NCBI GenBank assembly: GCA_026025795.1
Contig: JAPEUG010000110.1
Location: 1 to 44,489 of the forward strand
DNA: 44,489 nucleotides
Origin: Thelocarpon superellum
Lineage: Eukaryota
Reading direction: 5' to 3'
Below the pieces are notes generated by a model. That model was not told the origin of the DNA, did no database searches, and saw only the letters and a program-made list of their open reading frames with translations. Position numbers and translations under genes: made by a program. This document shows, in pieces, positions 44,151-44,489 of this stretch. Position 1 is the first letter of the stretch. Each line of letters opens with the position of its first letter.

Positions 44151-44489
44151 CTAGTTGGTGCCGAGGACTACCCTGACCGCCATACAACTCGCGACTGTCG
44201 GGGCAGGGCGATATGCTGTCCGCAGGGATATGCGGTCTGCAGGGCAACCCCGCGTGCGAGTGCCCGTCGTCTCATTTTCTGGATCATCTTCCGATTGAAT
44301 CGAGGCAATGAGACACCCGTTCTGCTCCAGGTCGCCCGCCCAGGCAAGTGCGTGGGTGATATCGATGACGTGTGCATCCTACATGTAGCGACGAGGAGAA
44401 CCGACCGAACATGGCCATGACATCTCAAGCGCCCACGTCAATAGCTCCCGCACTCGTACTGGCTCCAGGTGGCCGAGAAGCCAGCTCTA

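Noticed and set aside
1..44489. Secondary-metabolite cluster, transposon or RNA genes
   Set aside because: No PKS, NRPS, terpene cyclase, transposase, reverse transcriptase, LTR, TIR, tRNA or rRNA signature was seen by eye. Small ncRNAs cannot be excluded without an Infernal/Rfam scan.

Overview
This is a gene-dense, GC-rich stretch of a filamentous ascomycete (Pezizomycotina) nuclear genome, judged from the short spliceosomal introns with CTRAY branch sites and the gene families present. I reconstructed 18 protein-coding genes by hand, 15 of them spliced. In order they are: a partial SGNH-like (DGVH) gene, IPI3, an unknown protein, a secreted CFEM protein, CMS1, an old yellow enzyme, CENP-T, SHY1, a UBX protein, MIX17, an SLN1-type hybrid histidine kinase, LRP1/C1D, ketopantoate reductase, a SET-domain methyltransferase, COQ4, SEC2, a PDCD5/SDD2 homologue, an unknown polyQ protein and a GT69/CMT1-type mannosyltransferase (19 counting the partial first gene). 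Intergenic DNA is rich in micro- and minisatellites. I found no RNA genes, CRISPR arrays or intact transposons, and I cannot support a new multi-gene system here. The best leads are a candidate CUG-initiated 8-nt first exon for SEC2, a GC-AG intron, a GAG splice acceptor, micro-exons, a 20-bp minisatellite with higher-order structure, a decayed repeat array upstream of PDCD5, a small RIP-like island and two proteins with unrecognised globular domains. All gene names come from motif recognition, not database searches, and exon boundaries are manual.
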